From Azolla caroliniana (taxonomy: Eukaryota; Plantae; Polypodiophyta): DNA of 64,000 bases. The notes under the pieces were generated by a model that was given only the letters and a program-made list of their open reading frames with translations, searched no databases and was not told the origin of the DNA. The DNA is taken from positions 5,828,001 through 5,892,000 of the forward strand of contig JBHGNT010000006.1 of the NCBI GenBank assembly GCA_043228905.1, written 5' to 3'. The translations under genes were made by a program, and so were the position numbers. Numbering within the stretch: position 1 is the stretch's first letter; each line of letters starts with the position of its first letter. Shown here one piece after another: positions 62,531-64,000 of the stretch.

Positions 62531-64000
62531 GTGGAGGCTTCTCCTAATCATTTCTCATTTTTGTAAAATAAGTGGGTTGTATTTTGTAGCAGATATGCTT
62601 TTTAAAACTAATGGAAGGATATCTTGTTTAGAAAAAAATTAAATAGTGGATTGAACTTAAAACTTAGAGTTGTATTTATTATCATTCCAATCTTTTTCAA
62701 AGTGGGTTTGTGAAGCCATTTTAGAAGGAAAGTGTCAACTAGTTGTGTCGCAATGTCAAAGTACAATAGGACAATACTTTCTACAAAGAACTCTACATTT
62801 TATGCATTCCTTTAAAATTGAACTAATGGGCTTAATATTATGAAAGCATAGGCATTATAACCTTTAATAATCTTTAAGGTTTATCTCTACATAATCATTT
62901 TGTTTGGGATTGGATTTCCAATAGACACATTAAATGATTTCATATCATGCTCTGACATCCCATTATCTAGTTAAAACATACCTTGTTTTTCCTTCTCATA
63001 TAAATACAATTTTTGAGGGAGGGGGATTAATAGGTTGGGGAATTTATCACGTGGCAAGGATGGACTGAGGTTGAGATTATATTTTGTATGTAAGACAAAA
63101 TATTCAAGTTAAGCATCCTAATATTTAGGTAGGTAATTGATGAACACCAAATACCTATGCATGTAGTGTGCTGATGGAGGGAAGAAATAACCCTATCATG
63201 TGCCAAGACGGGATTGATCGTCATAGTGACAATGGGTTAATCTTAACTAAGCAAGTTTATTCTCAAACTCCAACTTCCACATGTCCTACAAAAGTAGTGT
63301 CCAAGGAATAGCTGACAATGATACTTTATCAAGATGAATTACAAGTACCTTAAGTAATTGGTTGGTGATGATTGTCACATTAATGGTACATTTGGATGAA
63401 GTGATAACGCTTGCCCATTTGAATTAGGAAAAATTTGGACCTCATAATAGGGCCTTGTAAGAAAGTGTACTTTTCAATTGAAGGGAATTCTGACTTTTTT
63501 AGATGACATTGTATATATTGCACTCAACATAAGCTTACAATGTGCCACTCGTTAGAAAACACCCTAAGAGACAATTCTATATCTTCGATTGGAATTCGAT
63601 TTCGATTTCTTATGAAAGTGCTATTCTATGGACTTCCCTTTAAAAGTAAATGAACCCAATTTGTTACCACAATACTCTTCCTATTGGACATGCACGACAT
63701 CCCATAATCTTTAGAACGGGGGTGTTTTGAGGTCCATGATACACTGTGTTTCAATGTATTTTCAAAGCTCTTCAAGTTTGGGATGGGCGTCCACATTATG
63801 TATAATTATGTGGTTGTTGCAGAATGCCACTGTAGCCCTCCATAATGTTACCATATTGTCAAGCACATTTAGTATGTCCTATGGATGGCACTTCATATGT
63901 TTCTTCTATACTAATACACATTTTTCATTAGACGAAAAAGTATGCATTTCAAAGATGTTGTAGATAGATACAAAAATGCAATATACCAATTTTCTTGTAT

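Overview
AT-rich land-plant nuclear DNA with spliceosomal introns, probably from a fern or other seed-free plant. That assignment is an inference from the PLS-type PPR relics, the RTE-X-like LINEs and a primer-binding site matching plant tRNA-Trp. There are four host genes: a Lzipper-MIP1/DUF547 gene (+, 19269-23578), a C3H17-like CCCH zinc-finger gene (+, 33741-37316), a citrate-binding-protein/PL7 alginate-lyase-fold gene (-, 37988-39715) and a Nodulin-homeobox (NDX)-like gene that appears to lack its homeodomain (-, 45214-60306). A very young, GC-rich Ty3/gypsy element (24790-32114) has apparently identical 802-bp LTRs, a 4-bp TSD, a tRNA-Trp primer site and a slippery-site/pseudoknot -1 frameshift signal after the protease. 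The most unusual part is 1-9.8 kb. It holds two decayed, tail-to-tail copies of an intron-containing gene for a bacterial-type beta-class (N6A/N4C) DNA methyltransferase; copy 1 also shows a ParB/Srx-like domain upstream of it, which is deleted in copy 2. Copy 2 lies inside ~370-bp terminal inverted repeats, divergent from a Cys-rich transposase-like fragment, with an array of 23-bp palindromes between them. This suggests a DNA-transposon family carrying a ParB-methyltransferase. All domain calls come from motif recognition by eye; no database searches were run.
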